In this document: one piece after another, positions 61,120-64,000 of the stretch | How the letters are laid out: the number at the start of each line of letters is the position of its first letter | Numbering within the stretch: position 1 is the stretch's first letter | Origin: Azolla caroliniana | Taxonomy: Eukaryota; Plantae; Polypodiophyta | Direction of reading: 5' to 3' | Assembly (NCBI GenBank): GCA_043228905.1 | Contig: JBHGNT010000018.1 | Location: 2,666,001-2,730,000 of the forward strand | Length of the DNA stretch: 64,000 bases | Made by a program: the position numbers and the translations under genes | Notes under the pieces: generated by a model | What the model was told of the DNA's origin: nothing | Databases searched by the model: none | Seen by the model: only the letters and a program-made list of their open reading frames with translations

Positions 61120-62897
61120 TGTTGTGATGTGGCGTGCTCGAGGGTGGGAAAAACCGGCGAAAAGGGGGTCAAAAATGTGCATGTGCAATGTGTGTGGACA
61201 CAAAAGCGATTAATTGTGCATATGCAAAATAAAAAGGAAAACAAAGGGGTAAAAGGGAGGTGTAGAAGCTCGTGCAAAAAGTAAGAGAGAGGTGAGATAA
61301 AGGGTAGAGGGGAGATAGGCTATAAATTTATAGACATAGAATTATATATTATATAAGAAAGAGTTAGTGGGTTAGTGGATAGTCACATTGACTACTAGCT
61401 AGAGGTGCACGGTTTGAATCTAGTCTTATAGTGCAACGTGATTTAAGGAATTTTATTCCTTTTTCATTGGCGACCCCCCCCTTCTTTTTTTCCTATAAAA
61501 GGACGTCGAGGGGGGCTCATTGGGGAGGACGTTTTGGGAGGAGGAGACTATCGCCAATTTTCCTTCGAAGCTCTTCATCTCCTTATTCACCACTTTTCTT
61601 CATCTCATACCCCTTCATCCCCCCCCATTGCCACGTGCTCGTCTTATTCGCGTCGGCACTCGAAGTGCTCGTGAGCCCAAGCTTCGTTGGTTCGACGTTG
61701 CTCCGCCCCGTTCGTCGTTGCGAGCCCGTGTGCTCGCCGTTTGGGTGGTCGTGGTTCGTTGGGATTGGCTTTTTGGTGGTGCTCGTGTGTTCGTCTTCGC
61801 CGTGTTCGGTTTTGCCTTGTCTCTAAGGGCATTTTAATATTTATGTTTTGATTGAGCTTGTGGTTAACTATATATAAGTTGCCATTGTAAACAAAACCCT
61901 ATTTTATAAAGGGTCCTCTTGCATTAGAATCGAACACGTATTTAACTCTTTGGTCAATATCGTTCGTGTTTCTTTCTCTCCTTCTTTCTTTATTCGTGTC
62001 TTTCTTGTATGTTCGGCCGTCTTGTGACGAGGGGACCATTCGGGCTTGCCCATGCACCTCTCCTCCTCATAAAGGCGTACGAGCATTTGTATGTGTGTTT
62101 GTGTCTTCCTTGTACGTTCGACCGTCTTGTGACGAGGGGACCGTTCGGGCTTGCCCATGCACCTCTCCTCCTCATAAAGGCGTACGAGCATTTGTGCGTG
62201 TGTTTGTGTCTTCCTTGTACGTTCGGCCGTCTTGTGACGAGGGGACCGTTCGGGCTTGCCCATGCACCTCTCCTCCTCATAAAGGTGTACGAGCATTTGT
62301 GTGTGTGTTTGTGTCTTCCTTGTACGTTCGACTGTCTTGTGACGAGGGGACCGTTCGGGCTTGCCCATGCACCTCTCCTCCTCATAAAGGCGTACGAGCA
62401 TTTGTGTGTGTGTTTGTGTCTTCCTTGTATGTTCGACCGTCTTGTGACGAGGGGACCGTTCGGGCTTGCCCATGCACCTCTCCTCCTCATAAAGGCATAC
62501 GAGCATTTTGTGCGTGTGTTTTGTGTCTTCCTCGTACGTTCGACGTCTTGTCACGAGGGAGCGTTCAGGCGCGCCCATGCACCTCTCCTCCTCATAAAGC
62601 CATACGGACATTCGTGTTTGTGTTATCGTCCCCTTTGTGCGTTCATGTTGCGTGCTCATCTTGCTTGTACTCGTTTGGTCACTTGGCTCGTACGGTGATC
62701 TCGGAAGGTCGACAAGTCGTGATAAACGAGAGCCACCGGCCTCACAAAACAAAGGGGAACGAGACCTTGCTCGGGAAGGGGTGGGGAAGTAGTATTGTCA
62801 TAAAGCAAACCTCGGGTCTTCTCTATCCCTTGAGTACTCCCTAGTCCGAGACCCCCGTGGTCCCGCCCAAGTAACACGCGCGTGAAACTTCGCGACA
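61120..62897 (+). mobile_element. Long solo LTR of the tRNA-Trp lineage inserted in the gag of element E
   Basis: Perfect TSD CCGT (61116-61119, 62898-62901); host frame rejoins (ALDRT/VLDTSRVLLFVK); U5 motif CCCCCGTGGTCCCGCC at 62852; TATA CCTATAAAA at ~61492. Confidence 0.92.
61997..62640. repeat. About 6 copies of a 105-bp tandem repeat inside the solo LTR
   Basis: Units start at ~61997, 62101, 62206, 62311, 62416 and 62523; translations show 35-aa periodicity. Confidence 0.95.
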
Positions 62898-64000
62898 CCG
62901 TACTGGACACAAGTCGTGTCCTATTGTTCGTTAAATTGGTGGATGCAAGGGACCAGGAGCAAGTGGGCTTCCTGTTGGAGACCGATGATGGCCTAACAAC
63001 CGACTGGGCCGTGGTAAAGAGAGTCTGCGGCCGTTTTGACAAATGGTGTGAGTGGGTCGATAAAGGATTGACGGGGGCGGGTTCTGTTCCGACAAGGAAG
63101 GTCAAGGTACTCCCACTGGCGTGAAGGGAAGAGACCCGAGACTGGCTCGAGACCGGCTCGACTTCGATCGGCATGGTCAAAGGCTCGTCCGGAGGATTGG
63201 CTCTGGAGGAGCTGACTCAGATGGTGAGGGACCTCCAGATTGTGCAAGCACGGAGGGACGGTGGCGAACAAGTTCGTGACCGAAGGCCTCCGGCTGTGAA
63301 CCAATGGTTGTGGTGTGACGCGGTCGGCCACGCCTAAAAGGACTGTGGGGACTTCGCTGAAGCGATAAGAGTTAGCGTGGTGTACCTATGGAACGGTTGG
63401 GTGCATGCCAGCGAGACCCGAAGGGCCCTGGATCTGAATATTGGATGAGGGGGTATGAAACGGTTGATGGAAGAAGCAACGACTAGCCACGCAGAGACCG
63501 TCCACTACTCGGCGTCGGCCGGAATCCGGGTCGGAAGTGACGAGGTCCGAAAGACGAAGGAAACCGGATTCTGGCCATTGATGCTGGAAGGCCTCGCCGG
63601 CGTACGACTAAGGAAAGAGGAAGCGGACCGCACGGAAAGACGGGTCCGGCAGGTAACCGGGTGGAGTGACCTGGTCAAAGAGAAGACGGGCTTCGTGGAA
63701 GCCGCGTGCCAGAACTACGAGGTTTTGGTGGAAGACAAGCGTGCGGGAAAGACCGGGGGGGCCGGACCCTCACAACGGTATGAGACCCGGTTCGGGCCGA
63801 ACCAGAAGATGTTGGTGCATTCGGCGCACCAGACAAGGCCAAGAAGGCCGGTTATCGGTTGAGCACAGAGATCGAGAGAACCACGGACCTACGAAAGGTC
63901 CTAGAGGAATGGATCCTCGACAACAAAGTGGAGCTGTCGCTGAGGGAAGTGCTCGGTATCACCAAGAAGGAGTTCCATGACTCCATCGTAGACTTGGTGA

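Larger units (their letters stand above)
59973..64000 (+). mobile_element. Element E: 5' LTR (59973-60623), Trp PBS and degenerate gag, running off the window
   Basis: Left flank GCGT; TGTCGTGG...CGCGACA termini; gag fragments 60670-61115 and 62902-64000 similar to elements A and B. Confidence 0.88.

Noticed and set aside
61904-62844. Long ORFs on both strands (282, 292 and 229 aa)
   Set aside because: By-products of a stop-poor 105-bp tandem repeat inside an LTR.

Overview
Eukaryotic plant nuclear DNA, probably from a non-seed land plant (inference from the retroelement mix). About 80% of the window is nested LTR retrotransposons, in two nests (1-42073 and ~56200-64000). They flank an AT-rich island holding one host gene, an ARGOS/OSR-domain protein at 51944-52735. 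The left nest is an old Athila/Tat-like Ty3/gypsy element (- strand, tRNA-Asp-like PBS) carrying a copia fragment, a young chromovirus, a copia-type solo LTR and several insertions of one distinctive Ty3/gypsy lineage. That lineage is primed by tRNA-Trp, has TGTCGTG...CACGACA termini and the RT motif PFLDDIPIKG, and is the main discovery. (1) All 10 clearly readable insertion sites are 4-mers with a central CpG, and four are perfect 4-bp TSDs (ACGT, CCGT, ACGA, CCGT); other elements here make 5-bp non-CpG TSDs. (2) Four of its LTR subfamilies carry a tRNA-like A-box/B-box cassette in U3. (3) Its Gag-protease ORF joins RT through a -1 slippery site (G GAU UUU UAG) plus a pseudoknot that is structurally conserved in two divergent copies. 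All coordinates were read by eye and no database searches were run.
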